From assembly GCA_039931555.1 (NCBI GenBank), contig JBDTRP010000116.1, forward strand, positions 45,128 through 109,127: a DNA stretch of 64,000 bases, given 5' to 3'. The notes below the pieces were generated by a model. It ran no database searches and was not told where the DNA came from. It saw nothing but the letters and a program-made list of their open reading frames with translations. Made by a program: the position numbers and the translations under genes. This DNA is from Ilumatobacteraceae bacterium (GTDB lineage Bacteria > Actinomycetota > Acidimicrobiia > Acidimicrobiales > Ilumatobacteraceae). Position 1 is the first letter of the stretch; every line of letters begins with the position of its first letter. Below are positions 19,301-29,139 of this stretch, in pieces.

Positions 19301-19451
19301 TCTTCCGGAGAGCCAGGTGTGTCGGGCGATGACACCGACGAGCAGCTTGTCGATCTCGCCCAGCGGCTACGGCTCGTCGACGAAGAGGCCTGGACGAAAG
19401 CGCTACCCGGCTATACCAGCGATGGCCCTTGAGGCCGCGGCGACATGACCG

Positions 19452-20780
19452 TTACGAGCTGATCGCCAGCTCGTCGAGGTAGTCGGCGAACTTGTCGATC
19501 GCGGCGGCGCGCCGGGTCGGGATGTGCTCCTGCGGCGGGTCGGACGGCCGGTAGCCCTTCAGCACCTGGCGGGCCACGGTGACCTTGTGCACTTCGTCGG
19601 GCCCGTCGTAGATGCGAGCTGCGCGGGCCGCGCGATACATCGACTCCAGCGGAAGATCGGTGGTGTAGCCCAGCGAGCCGTGGATCTGGATCGCCCGGTC
19701 GATCACGTTGTGCATCACCTTCGCACCCCAGAACTTGATCACGCCGATCTCCACGCGGGCATCGCTGTAGTGCTGGCCGGCGGCGTGCAACTGGTCCATC
19801 CTCCAGGCTGCGTGCAGCGTCAGCAATCGGGCCGCCTGCATTTCCGCGTAGCTCTCGGCGATCCAATCCTGCACCATCTGCTTGTCGGCGAGGATCGAAC
19901 CGTGGGTGTAGCGGGTCAGGGCACGCTCGCACAGCATGTCGAACGCACGGCGACTCTGGCCCAGCCAGCGCATCGCGTGGTGGATGCGGCCGGGGCCGAG
20001 GCGTTTCTGTGCCAGGGCGAAGCCCTGCCCGATCCCGGCCTCGCCACCGACGATGTTCTCGAACGGGACGTGCACGTCTTGATAGAGGATCTCGGCGTGT
20101 CCGCCCGGCTCGCCCGTGCGGTGATCGGGCTCGCCCATCGTTGGCACGTCACGCACGATGTTGACGCCCGGCGTGTGCGTCGGGACGATGATCATCGAGT
20201 AGTTCTTGTAGGGCTTGTCGTAGTCGCCGGTCTTGACCATGACGACCAGGAAGTCGCTGATCGATGCGTTCGACGAGAACCACTTGTGCCCGTTGATCAC
20301 CCACTCGCCGCCATCGCGGATGGCCGAGGTCTTCAGCAGCGTCGGATCGGCACCAGCGCCCGGCTCGGTCATCGAAAAGGCGCTGCGGACCTTGCCGTCG
20401 AGCAAAGGCTGCATCCACTGCTCGCGTTGCGCATCGGTGCCGCCGACAGCGATCAACTCGGCATTCCCGCTGTCGGGCGCGTTGTTGCCGAACACGCTGG
20501 GGGCATACGCGCACTGCCCGAGGATCTCGTGCATCAACCCCAACTTGACCTGGCCGAAGCCCTGGCCACCCATATCGGGCGGAAGGTGCGCGGCCCACAA
20601 ACCCTGTCGGCGCACCTCCGCTTTCAACGGGTCGGTGATCTGCCGGAACACCGCACGGCCTTCATCGGTCCGCCAGCGATCGGCCAAGGTCTCCAGCGGG
20701 ATGATCTCGTCGCGGACGAACTGACGCATCCACGCCAACTTGGCTTCGAACTCGGGCTCGGTCTCGAAATCCCACGCCAT
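19452..20780 (-). CDS. Acyl-CoA dehydrogenase family protein
   Basis: The inner ATG 20780 gives MAWDFETEPEFEAKLAWMRQFVRDEIIPLE.... The ACAD middle and C-terminal blocks are present (...AFSMTEPGAGADP..., ...IYDGPDEVH...). Confidence 0.9.
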   Translation of the reverse strand: MAWDFETEPEFEAKLAWMRQFVRDEIIPLETLADRWRTDEGRAVFRQITDPLKAEVRRQGLWAAHLPPDMGGQGFGQVKLGLMHEILGQCAYAPSVFGNNAPDSGNAELIAVGGTDAQREQWMQPLLDGKVRSAFSMTEPGAGADPTLLKTSAIRDGGEWVINGHKWFSSNASISDFLVVMVKTGDYDKPYKNYSMIIVPTHTPGVNIVRDVPTMGEPDHRTGEPGGHAEILYQDVHVPFENIVGGEAGIGQGFALAQKRLGPGRIHHAMRWLGQSRRAFDMLCERALTRYTHGSILADKQMVQDWIAESYAEMQAARLLTLHAAWRMDQLHAAGQHYSDARVEIGVIKFWGAKVMHNVIDRAIQIHGSLGYTTDLPLESMYRAARAARIYDGPDEVHKVTVARQVLKGYRPSDPPQEHIPTRRAAAIDKFADYLDELAISS

Positions 20781-20856
20781 CGCACACCCCTCGTCGTTGG
20801 TCGGCGCCGCCCAGATCGGTGACTGCCTGTTCCACGGCCGACCGTACACTGGGGCG

Positions 20857-21504
20857 GTGAACGAGAGCCTGTCGAACGTGCTCAGCTTCGTCGTTCTCAC
20901 AGCTGTCGGGCTCCGCTTGGTGCAAGCGGTCAAGCTCTCCCGTTCGAGCCGCGGGCGATCGCTGAGTCGCGTCGTGTGGACGCGGATCCGCTGGCGCCAC
21001 ATCTGGCCGGTGCCGTTCGTGCTCGCCGGTGTGCTGATCGTGGCGATCCCGCTGATGCTGCTGCCCGTGCTGCGCTGGGGGTGGTGGTCGGCAATCGGTG
21101 GCGACGGCAACCCGATCTTCGGCTCGAACACGGCCACGATGGGCACCTTCTGGTCGTGGCTGATCCCGCTGGTCTTCATGGTGCTGGTCGTTGCCGCCCT
21201 ACCACTGTTCGCCAACGCCGAGGAGCGAATGTTCAGGTCGGGGGCACAGCGGTGGAGCACCCGTCACCGAGTGATCAAGGTGTTGCAGTTCGGGATGATC
21301 CATGCGGTGATCGGCATCCCGATCGGCGTCGCACTGGCTCTGTCGGTGGGCGGCGCCTACTTCATGTCGGTCTACCTTCGCTCGTACGCGCTGACCGGTA
21401 GTCCCGCCGAGGCGACCCTCGAGTCGACGCGCGCCCATACCGCCTACAACGCGCTGATCATCATCACGGTCGCCGTCGTCGTGGCAGTCGACGCGGTCAC
21501 CTGA
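20857..21504 (+). CDS. CPBP family intramembrane glutamic endopeptidase (CAAX protease/Abi-like)
   Basis: A multi-TM protein with an EExxxR motif (NAEERMFRSG) and a downstream FxxxH motif (LQFGMIHAV). I chose the GTG 20857 start to avoid overlap with the divergent ACAD. Confidence 0.6.
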   Translation: MNESLSNVLSFVVLTAVGLRLVQAVKLSRSSRGRSLSRVVWTRIRWRHIWPVPFVLAGVLIVAIPLMLLPVLRWGWWSAIGGDGNPIFGSNTATMGTFWSWLIPLVFMVLVVAALPLFANAEERMFRSGAQRWSTRHRVIKVLQFGMIHAVIGIPIGVALALSVGGAYFMSVYLRSYALTGSPAEATLESTRAHTAYNALIIITVAVVVAVDAVT

Positions 21505-21529
21505 CCACTACCCCTCGGTAGCCTGAGAA

Positions 21530-22345
21530 ATGATGTCGCTCCCCACGCCACCCACGCTCGCTCACTGCTACCGCCATCCCGACCGCGAGACCGGGCGCAG
21601 TTGCACTCGGTGCGGCAAGCCGGCCTGCGGTGACTGTCTGGTGCAGGTCGACATCGGCTCGCAGTGCGTCGATTGCATCAAGGCCGCCCGGCCCGATGTG
21701 AAGACGCGCGCCAAGTTCTGGAACGCGCGGCAGCCCACGTTGGTCACCTACACCCTCATCGGCATCAACGTCGCGGTCTACCTGTGGACGGCTTCCAGCG
21801 CCCGGAACCAGGTGAAACTTGCGCTGTACGAGCCGGCGGTCCATGCCGGCGATTACTACCGCTTGATCACCTCCGGCTTCCTTCATTACGGCTTGTTCCA
21901 CATCGGCATGAACATGTTGCTGCTGTTCCAGCTCGGCCAGTTGCTGGAGCCGGCGATCGGGCGCGTCCGTTTCGGTCTGCTGTACTTCGCCAGCCTGCTC
22001 GCCGGGTCGCTGGGCGCGCTCATCCTGCAACCAAACGGACTCACGGGTGGAGCCTCCGGCGCCGTCTTCGGGCTGATGGCCGCTGCGGCGATCGGTCTGC
22101 ACCGGCGAGGGGTCAACGTCTTTCAAACAGGGATCGGCACGATCCTGATCCTCAACCTGGTCATCACCTTCACGATTCCGGGGATCTCCGTCGGCGGTCA
22201 CCTGGGTGGCGCCATCGCCGGTGCGCTCTGCGGTTTCGTGATCCTTGCGCCCGGGCACGCAACAATGCCCAAGTGGGCGTCATACGCCGCACCAATCGCA
22301 GTCGTGCTGGTCGCGGTGGTGGGCAGCCTCGCTCTGTCGGCCTAA
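21530..22345 (+). CDS. Rhomboid family intramembrane serine protease with N-terminal zinc ribbon
   Basis: CYRHPDRETGRSCTRCGKPACGDC is followed by rhomboid motifs: HIGMNML, GASGAVFGLM (catalytic Ser) and GGHLGGAIAG (catalytic His). Confidence 0.85.
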   Translation: MMSLPTPPTLAHCYRHPDRETGRSCTRCGKPACGDCLVQVDIGSQCVDCIKAARPDVKTRAKFWNARQPTLVTYTLIGINVAVYLWTASSARNQVKLALYEPAVHAGDYYRLITSGFLHYGLFHIGMNMLLLFQLGQLLEPAIGRVRFGLLYFASLLAGSLGALILQPNGLTGGASGAVFGLMAAAAIGLHRRGVNVFQTGIGTILILNLVITFTIPGISVGGHLGGAIAGALCGFVILAPGHATMPKWASYAAPIAVVLVAVVGSLALSA

Positions 22346-22350
22346 CGACG

Positions 22351-23442
22351 TCAGACGGGGCGTCGGCGACGGAAGCGCAGCTTCGGCAGATCGAGTTGCG
22401 TGACACGATCGCTCGACCACTTTGCCGGCGGCGCCATCGTCAGAGCGCACAGCCGCACCAACACCTGGTCGTAGTTCACCCGCCAACCACTGAAGTCGCG
22501 CCACGCTTGATCGAGATCTCGCTTGAGTGGCACATCAAGAGCGCGTAGTTCGACGCAGAGCAGGTCGAACTCGCGCCGTGAGATCGTGATGGGGTCCGTC
22601 GGCAGGGGGTCGATGTCGTACGGGATCTGGAACGAGTCGGCGATCCGTCGCAAGGCCAGGAACCCGCTGCGGATCATGACATCGCAACTGGCGTTGCGAG
22701 GTCGGTCGAGGGTGGAGGCGACGATGGCGGCTGTGTCGAGCACGCACCCGGCAGCGGTGATCCAGCTGCGTTCGGGATGCGGCGAACGGAAGAACACCAG
22801 TGAGGGCTGGCTGGTGTGGCTCTCCTCGATGTCGACGAACCACGACTCCCATCGCTCGAAGACGTCTTCGTCGATGCGGTCGAGCCACCCGATCCGGGTG
22901 TACCGGGTCAGCAGCTCGGCTGGGCTCGGTGGTAGCCCAGCGCGAACCTCGAGCATGCCGACCAGTGTCTCGCGGCGACTGAACGCGGTGTAGATCGTCG
23001 GCAGGTACGAGATCATCAGCGAGATCAGGCCGAGACCGATGCCCGCTTCGATGAACTCGAGAGCGATGCGCGGAGTGCCCTGAGTTCGCACGAAGCCCAA
23101 GGTGAACAGTGACGAGCCACTCGACGCCAGAGCCTCCGTCACCGGCCGAACGCCCGTGCCCCAGAAGATCGCGGTGAAGCCCGTCAGCACCATGACGACC
23201 CACGTCGCCGGCAGGCTGACGAGCGCCAGCGGCGCGTACAACGACATGGTGGCGTCACGGCTCGCGAACGAGCGCTTCGGCCCGGCGAACCGATGGAAGA
23301 TCTTGCGGATCGCGACGAAGTGCAGGCGGGTCAGGCTCGGGATCACAGCCCGGGGAACCACGACCGTCCGCAGGGCTGCAAACAACGTCCAGATCACGAG
23401 GCTCGACCCCGCCACCACCGCAATCACCTGAGCCACGATCAC
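22351..23442 (-). CDS. Hypothetical integral membrane protein
   Basis: ORF 22351..23442. The N-terminal half has about four hydrophobic segments and the C-terminal half is soluble. I recognise no family. Confidence 0.6.
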   Translation of the reverse strand: MIVAQVIAVVAGSSLVIWTLFAALRTVVVPRAVIPSLTRLHFVAIRKIFHRFAGPKRSFASRDATMSLYAPLALVSLPATWVVMVLTGFTAIFWGTGVRPVTEALASSGSSLFTLGFVRTQGTPRIALEFIEAGIGLGLISLMISYLPTIYTAFSRRETLVGMLEVRAGLPPSPAELLTRYTRIGWLDRIDEDVFERWESWFVDIEESHTSQPSLVFFRSPHPERSWITAAGCVLDTAAIVASTLDRPRNASCDVMIRSGFLALRRIADSFQIPYDIDPLPTDPITISRREFDLLCVELRALDVPLKRDLDQAWRDFSGWRVNYDQVLVRLCALTMAPPAKWSSDRVTQLDLPKLRFRRRRPV

Positions 23443-23480
23443 CCGCTCACTGTGTCACACCCATTCGCGATGATGCAGCT

Positions 23481-23693
23481 ATGACGAAGCGTCAGTCTCA
23501 ACACGCCACTTCCGAGCAGCTCAGGCTGCTGGCAGACTCCGAACTGCCGATCCAATTCCGACTCGATCGACGTACTCGCGAACGCGGGCTCGCCCACATT
23601 GCGGCCATCCGCCGCCAATTGGCCGGTAATGCCACCGGCGCCACCACGTCGGCCGACGAATTTGCCGACGATCACCAGCACCGTGCGGCATGA
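23481..23693 (+). CDS. Small hypothetical protein (70 aa)
   Basis: ORF 23481..23693 with an ATG start. It fills an otherwise empty gap and shows moderate GC3. Confidence 0.35.
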   Translation: MTKRQSQHATSEQLRLLADSELPIQFRLDRRTRERGLAHIAAIRRQLAGNATGATTSADEFADDHQHRAA

Positions 23694-23702
23694 GCCGCAG
23701 CG

Positions 23703-24686
23703 TCAGATTGCGCTCGGCGCCAACGAACACACGGCATCCCAATGCTTCAGGTCGGGGTCGAGTGGCAAAATCGCCAACGAGGTCGTGGTCACGCCGTTGT
23801 CGAAGTACGACTGGATCTTGGAACGACACTCGGCGGGCGATCCGTGCACGATCAGGTCATCGACCACCGAGTCCGGTATCGCCGCCAGTGCCGCTTTGCG
23901 ATCGCCCGCCTTCCACGCATCCCACATCGGCCGCAGCTGATCGCCACGTCCCAGCCAGTCGTGAAAGGCCGCATACACCGGCACGTTCAGGTATGCCGCG
24001 ATCGCATACCTCCCCGCCTCGCGCACCACGGCAGTGTTCTCGCTCGGGCACACAAAGATCCGGGCCACGATCTCTTTCTCCTCGCCGCCTGCCGCTTCGA
24101 CAACCACGCCCGCCACCTTCGTCACGTCTGTCGGCGAGAGCCAGTTGATGATGGCCCCATCGCCCTCGCGCGCAGCCAGCCGCAGCATCCCTTCGCGCAA
24201 TCCTGCGACGAGGATGGGTGGACGATGTTCGGGCCGAACCCCGAGCCGGAAACCCTGCACCTCGAAGGTGTCGTACGCCTTCGAGACCTTCTCGCCCCCC
24301 AAGGCATCGCGCAGAAACCGCACAACGTCTCGAACCTTCTTGTATGGCTCGACGAATGGCACACCGTTCCAGCGCTCCACGATCACGTTGCTGCTCGACC
24401 CGATGCCGATGGCAAACCGGCCCGGTGCGGCGTCGGCCAGCGATGCGACGCACTGGGCGAAGCACGCTGGCGAGCGAGTGAAGGCAGGCACGATTGCCGT
24501 CCCCAGACGCAGACGCGGCTCCCATGCCGCTGCGAGCGCCAATGGCGTGAACCCATCCGCACCATCGGATTCCGCCGACCAGATGTCGGTGTAGCCGAGG
24601 TCGACGAGTTCGCCGAGCTTGTCGCGGTGGCTGTGCAATGGGCCCGGCAGCGGCACCGTCAAACCCGGTCGGATCGGTAGCGCCAC
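23703..24686 (-). CDS. LLM class F420-dependent oxidoreductase (luciferase-like)
   Basis: ...LGYTDIWSAESDGADGFTPLALAAAWEPRLRLGTAIVP... and ...FAIGIGSSS... are typical LLM blocks. GTG 24686 is preceded by AAGGAGG (rc of about 24693-24699). Confidence 0.85.
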   Translation of the reverse strand: MALPIRPGLTVPLPGPLHSHRDKLGELVDLGYTDIWSAESDGADGFTPLALAAAWEPRLRLGTAIVPAFTRSPACFAQCVASLADAAPGRFAIGIGSSSNVIVERWNGVPFVEPYKKVRDVVRFLRDALGGEKVSKAYDTFEVQGFRLGVRPEHRPPILVAGLREGMLRLAAREGDGAIINWLSPTDVTKVAGVVVEAAGGEEKEIVARIFVCPSENTAVVREAGRYAIAAYLNVPVYAAFHDWLGRGDQLRPMWDAWKAGDRKAALAAIPDSVVDDLIVHGSPAECRSKIQSYFDNGVTTTSLAILPLDPDLKHWDAVCSLAPSAI

Positions 24687-24831
24687 GTCGTGCCTCCTTG
24701 GCTTGCGGGTGGCACCGCCACACCCTCCAGGGGGCACACATTGACATAGCTCGACGGTTCGAGGACCACCAAACAGGTCCTAGCACCAACAGGCCGTTGC
24801 CGATCGGCCACGGGCGTGGCAAGATTCGCGC

Positions 24832-26241
24832 GTGAGCACACACGTCGCGGATGAACCGCGTACGGGCTCGGCGGCGCCTCTGCAGACCTCGGTGTTCGAA
24901 ACCGACGCCCAGCTGAAGAAGCACCTCGACCGCACCCCTGCGTCGATCAAGCAGCTGATCATCCGATTCAGCATCGGAGCCATCGCCGCACTGACCCTGG
25001 TCAGCGTGTTCACGGCGTTCGCCAGCCGGCGCGTCGGCACCGAGCAAGCCATCGCCCAGGCCCGCAATGCCACCTTCTACATCGCCAAGGGCGTGATCGA
25101 GACCAACGCGGATGACGGGCTGATCAGGGGTGATCCCGCAGCGCAAGCACACCTCGACGACCGAGTGCAGGCCGCAGTCCTCAGCGACAACCTCGTCAGA
25201 GTCAAGGTGTGGCTGGAGGACGGCACGATCATCTACTCCGATCAGCACGAGCTCGTCGGCGACAAGTACATCCTCGACGCCGACAAGGCCGAGATGTTCG
25301 CCAACAACGACCCCGTCGCCAAGGCCGAGGTCAGCGACCTCTCAGCGCCCGAGAACGCCTACGAGCGCCCCTTCACCAAGTTGCTCGAGGTCTACCAGTT
25401 GACACACACGATCCAGGGCACGCCGGTGATCTTCGAGGCGTACTTCCGCTACAGCGGGGTCACCGAGGTCGGCCGTGACCTGTGGAAGCAGTTCGCACCG
25501 ATCGCCATCGGGTCACTGATCGCCCTGGAGTTCATCCAGGTCCCGATCTTCATCACCCTCGCTCGGCGCCTTCGCGCCGCCCAATTGCAACGGGAGCGTT
25601 TACTGCGCCACGCGATCCAGGCATCGGAGGCCGAGCGCCGGCGGATCGCCAGCGACCTGCACGACGGCGTCGTGCAAGAGCTCACCGGGGTGTCACTGAG
25701 CCTGGCCGCGGCCAGCCGCACCGAGAGCAGCGATGCACCGAAGATGGCCGATGCATCATCGAGCATCCGCAGCAGCATCAAGTCGCTGCGTTCGTTGCTG
25801 GTCGAGATCTATCCACCGAACCTCCACGAGGAGGGCTTGGAGTTTGCTCTCGGCGATCTGCTCGGTGGAGTGTCGAACCGCGGCATCTCGGTGAAGCTCG
25901 AGATCGATCTCGGTAAAGCCGAGCTTTCCGCCGATACCGTCGGGCTCATGTACCGCAGTGCGCAAGAGGCGCTTCGCAACGTCATCAGTCACTCCGGCGC
26001 AACGAGGGTTCGCCTCGTGGCCCGGGTCACCGGCAACGTGGCCCGAGTCGTCGTCGACGACGACGGACGCGGCTTCACGCCTGAGCAGATCGAGCACACC
26101 AACAGCGATGGCCATTTCGGCTTGCGCGCTCTCTCTGGCCTCGTGGCCGATGCCGGTGGCAAGTTGTCGGTCCTGTCGGCCCCCGGCGCCGGCACCCGTG
26201 TCGAGGTCAAGCTCCCCGTCGTGTCCGGCGTACAACTGTGA
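24832..26241 (+). CDS. Sensor histidine kinase (HisKA_3 / NarL-partner type)
   Basis: The H-box ERRRIASDLHDGVVQEL is present, along with an HATPase region (...NVISHSGATRVRL...DDDGRGF...) and one or two TM segments. Confidence 0.9.
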   Translation: MSTHVADEPRTGSAAPLQTSVFETDAQLKKHLDRTPASIKQLIIRFSIGAIAALTLVSVFTAFASRRVGTEQAIAQARNATFYIAKGVIETNADDGLIRGDPAAQAHLDDRVQAAVLSDNLVRVKVWLEDGTIIYSDQHELVGDKYILDADKAEMFANNDPVAKAEVSDLSAPENAYERPFTKLLEVYQLTHTIQGTPVIFEAYFRYSGVTEVGRDLWKQFAPIAIGSLIALEFIQVPIFITLARRLRAAQLQRERLLRHAIQASEAERRRIASDLHDGVVQELTGVSLSLAAASRTESSDAPKMADASSSIRSSIKSLRSLLVEIYPPNLHEEGLEFALGDLLGGVSNRGISVKLEIDLGKAELSADTVGLMYRSAQEALRNVISHSGATRVRLVARVTGNVARVVVDDDGRGFTPEQIEHTNSDGHFGLRALSGLVADAGGKLSVLSAPGAGTRVEVKLPVVSGVQL

Positions 26242-26855
26242 TCCGGCTGGCGGTCGTCGATGACCATGTGATCGTGCGCAACGGCCTCGAGCAACTGCTC
26301 GCGACCACCGACGACATCGAACTCGTCGGCATGGCCGCCAACGGCCTCGAGGCACTCGACCTCGTGGCGGAGCTACAGCCCGACGTCGTGCTGATGGACC
26401 TGTCGATGCCGGAGATGGACGGTGTGGAGGCGACCAAGAGGATCGTCGCAGCGCACCCCAATGTGCGAGTACTCGTCCTCACGTCGTTCAGCGACCAGAG
26501 CCGCATCATGGAGGCGCTGCGGGCCGGTGCGGAGGGTTACCTGCTGAAGCACTCCGAGCCCGACGAGATCGCCGCCGCGGTCCGCGCCGTCTACGAGGGC
26601 GGCTCGCCACTCGACCCGAAAGCAGCCAGGGTGCTCCTCGATTCCCGGCGCACGGCAGCAGACTCCGACACGCTGACCGATCGCGAGCGAGAAGTGCTGC
26701 TGCTGGTGCGCGGCGGTCTGGCCAACAAGCAGATCGCCCGGAAGTTGGGCATCAGCGAGCGGACCGTGAAGGCTCACCTCACCAACGTCTTTCAGCGGTT
26801 GGGTGTCACCGACCGCACGCAAGCTGCCCTCTGGGCCAGCGAACACCTCGATTGA
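26238..26855 (+). CDS. Response regulator, LuxR/NarL family
   Basis: REC domain (VVDDHVIVRNG...VVLMDLSMPEMDG) plus a LuxR HTH (LTDREREVLLLVRGGLANKQIARKLGISERTVKAHL). There is a GTGA overlap with the kinase stop. Confidence 0.95.
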   Translation: MIRLAVVDDHVIVRNGLEQLLATTDDIELVGMAANGLEALDLVAELQPDVVLMDLSMPEMDGVEATKRIVAAHPNVRVLVLTSFSDQSRIMEALRAGAEGYLLKHSEPDEIAAAVRAVYEGGSPLDPKAARVLLDSRRTAADSDTLTDREREVLLLVRGGLANKQIARKLGISERTVKAHLTNVFQRLGVTDRTQAALWASEHLD

Positions 26856-26876
26856 CCGGAGGTACCGGCCGACGGG

Positions 26877-27545
26877 TCAGGGCGTCGAAGGCGGAGGGCC
26901 CCCGGGGCTGCCGCCACCACCGCCGCCCTTGCCGCTTTGCTGGCCGGGATCGGTAGCAGACGGGCCAGGGGTCGACGCGCTCGTGGGCGTTGCGTCGGCA
27001 CTGGTCGGGGTCGAAACGGACCCGGGGGTGGAGCGCTCGGTCGGGTGATCGTCGACGGTTGTGCCAGGCCCAGGGCCGCTCGAACTCGGACCCACCACCG
27101 TCGTGCCTGTGGCGGGCCCGTCGCTGCCGGGGCCACGGTGGTCGACGCTGTTGTCAGGGCCTTCATTCGAGGCTGAGCTCGCTGGAACGGGCTGAGCTTC
27201 GATCGACGACGCGAGCGTCGAAGCTGTCGTGGCGGGAACGGTGATTGCTTCCAGCGTCGCTTCCTTGCCTTCCGTCGACGACGAGCCGTGCTCGGACGCC
27301 AGCGTCGTGTCGGAGCTGTTGGCCCAGATCGCCGCCCTGGTCGGCGCGCCGAGCGACGGGAACAGGGTGTCACGTACCGTGAACGCAGCCGCCGTTCCAC
27401 CCACCGCTGTGAAGCAGTAGAGCAGCCAGCCGACGAGTGCCTTGGTGCGACGCCGCGAAGCGCGGGGACCGGCGGCATCGGATCCTCGCAACACATTGCG
27501 GATCGAAGCTCGTTCAGCGACGGCCTCGGTCGAACCCCTGATCAT
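26877..27545 (-). CDS. Membrane-anchored Ser/Thr/Pro/Gly-rich hypothetical protein
   Basis: The inner ATG 27545 gives MIRGST.... There is one TM segment (ALVGWLLYCFTAVGGTAAAF), a low-complexity ectodomain and a poly-Gly/Pro tail. Confidence 0.5.
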   Translation of the reverse strand: MIRGSTEAVAERASIRNVLRGSDAAGPRASRRRTKALVGWLLYCFTAVGGTAAAFTVRDTLFPSLGAPTRAAIWANSSDTTLASEHGSSSTEGKEATLEAITVPATTASTLASSIEAQPVPASSASNEGPDNSVDHRGPGSDGPATGTTVVGPSSSGPGPGTTVDDHPTERSTPGSVSTPTSADATPTSASTPGPSATDPGQQSGKGGGGGGSPGGPPPSTP

Positions 27546-27729
27546 CGAACGAAGACCCTCGCCTCCGCCATGACCCTTGTCGAGCCAGTCCTGGTCGCCC
27601 ACGTTGATCAGTGTGGTGGCAGTCCGGCGCGATTGGCAACAGTACAAAGGTAGTACGACCACCGGCCTATCCCCTGCTCACGGGCCATCCGGAGCCGTTC
27701 AACGGGCACCGTGGCGGTACAGTGCCGGC

Positions 27730-29139
27730 ATGGGGGAAACACCGTGGCAAGGCGATGCGTGTTCGTTGGTCGAAGAGTTCCGCAGCGGGCGCCGATCGCC
27801 GTCCGAGGAGCTCGAGGCGACCTACTCGGCACTCGAGACGAGCTCGCTCAACGCGTTCTGCTACGTGCCGCGTGAACAGGCCGAGCGCGCGGCGAGCACG
27901 GCCGATGTCACCAAACCGTTCGGCGGCGTGCCGATCGGGGTCAAAGAGCTCGATCAGGTCACCGGGTGGCCCGACACTCATGCCTCGGTCCCGCTGCGGG
28001 ATCAGGTGGCGGACTACACCAGCGTGATGGTGCAGCGCATCCGTGATCTCGGCGGCGCGGTCCTCGCCGGCCAGACGACTGCCAGCGAGTTCGGCGGCGT
28101 CAACGTGACGCGCACGGTGCTGCACGGCACGACGCACAACCCATGGCAGAACGGCCGCACACCGGGTGGTAGTTCGGGTGGCACGGCGGCTGCCGTGTCG
28201 GGCGGCCTGGTGACCCTGGCGACCGGGGGCGACGGGGGCGGTTCGATCCGCATCCCCGCCGGGTTCACCGGACTGGTCGGGCTGAAGGCGACGATCGGGC
28301 GAATCCCGCGCGGCCCACGCGCCGAGTACGGCAACCTGACCGTCACGATCGGGTGCCTGTCGCGATCGGTGCGCGACACCGCCCGCTGGTTCGATGTGTG
28401 CAACGGCTACGACGGCCGCGACCCGCTGAGCCTGCCACGGGTGCAAGGGTGGGAGGCCGGGCTCGGTCGACATCTCGAGTCGCTGCGAGGCGCCCGCGTG
28501 GCCGTCGCGCCGACGTGGGGCAACGCCACGGTCTCACCGGTGATGTGGGAACTGCTCGACGAAGCCGGTGTCGCGTTGATGGCCGATACGGGCATGATCC
28601 GGGTCGACGATGTCGACACCAAGCTGCCCAACATGGGCGCGGCATGGTCGATCAGCGGGATGATCGCCGTCGCCGCACAACTCGGTGATCGGTGGCCGGC
28701 GTGTGCCGACGAACTGACTCCGGAGATGCGCTACGGCCTGGAATCCACCGCTGGGCTGTACGGCGCCGAGGCGCGGGCCAAGATCGAACGCCGCAGAATC
28801 GAGCTCAACGAGGCCATGGCTCGAGTCTTCGACCCGGTCGACGGTGTCGATTTCGTGATCACGGCGTCGAATCCCGATGTCGCCTTCGACGCCGACGGGC
28901 CACTGCCGGCCGTCTTCGGTGGGGTCGAAGCTGGCGCCAAGAACAACGGTCGGCTCACGTTCCCGGCCAACCTGTACGGCAACCCGGCGATCTCCATCCC
29001 AGCGGGCACTCTCGACGGCTTGCCCATCGGTCTGCAGATCGTGGGTCGTCACTACACCGAGGAGTTGTTGCTCGACCTGGCGCTGTCGGTCGAGCGCTCG
29101 CGGCCGTGGCCATTGGTCGCGCCGGACTCGCCACGGTGA
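27730..29139 (+). CDS. Amidase (amidase-signature family)
   Basis: AS signature GGSSGGTAAAVSGGLVTLATGGDGGGSIRIPA. The start is at ATG 27730 (MGETPWQGDA). Confidence 0.9.
   Translation: MGETPWQGDACSLVEEFRSGRRSPSEELEATYSALETSSLNAFCYVPREQAERAASTADVTKPFGGVPIGVKELDQVTGWPDTHASVPLRDQVADYTSVMVQRIRDLGGAVLAGQTTASEFGGVNVTRTVLHGTTHNPWQNGRTPGGSSGGTAAAVSGGLVTLATGGDGGGSIRIPAGFTGLVGLKATIGRIPRGPRAEYGNLTVTIGCLSRSVRDTARWFDVCNGYDGRDPLSLPRVQGWEAGLGRHLESLRGARVAVAPTWGNATVSPVMWELLDEAGVALMADTGMIRVDDVDTKLPNMGAAWSISGMIAVAAQLGDRWPACADELTPEMRYGLESTAGLYGAEARAKIERRRIELNEAMARVFDPVDGVDFVITASNPDVAFDADGPLPAVFGGVEAGAKNNGRLTFPANLYGNPAISIPAGTLDGLPIGLQIVGRHYTEELLLDLALSVERSRPWPLVAPDSPR

Noticed and set aside
26877-27662. Full-length 261-aa version of the Ser/Thr/Pro-rich protein
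   Set aside because: The first 39 codons have no supporting signal and extend toward the amidase promoter region. The inner ATG 27545 is preferred, but the start remains uncertain.
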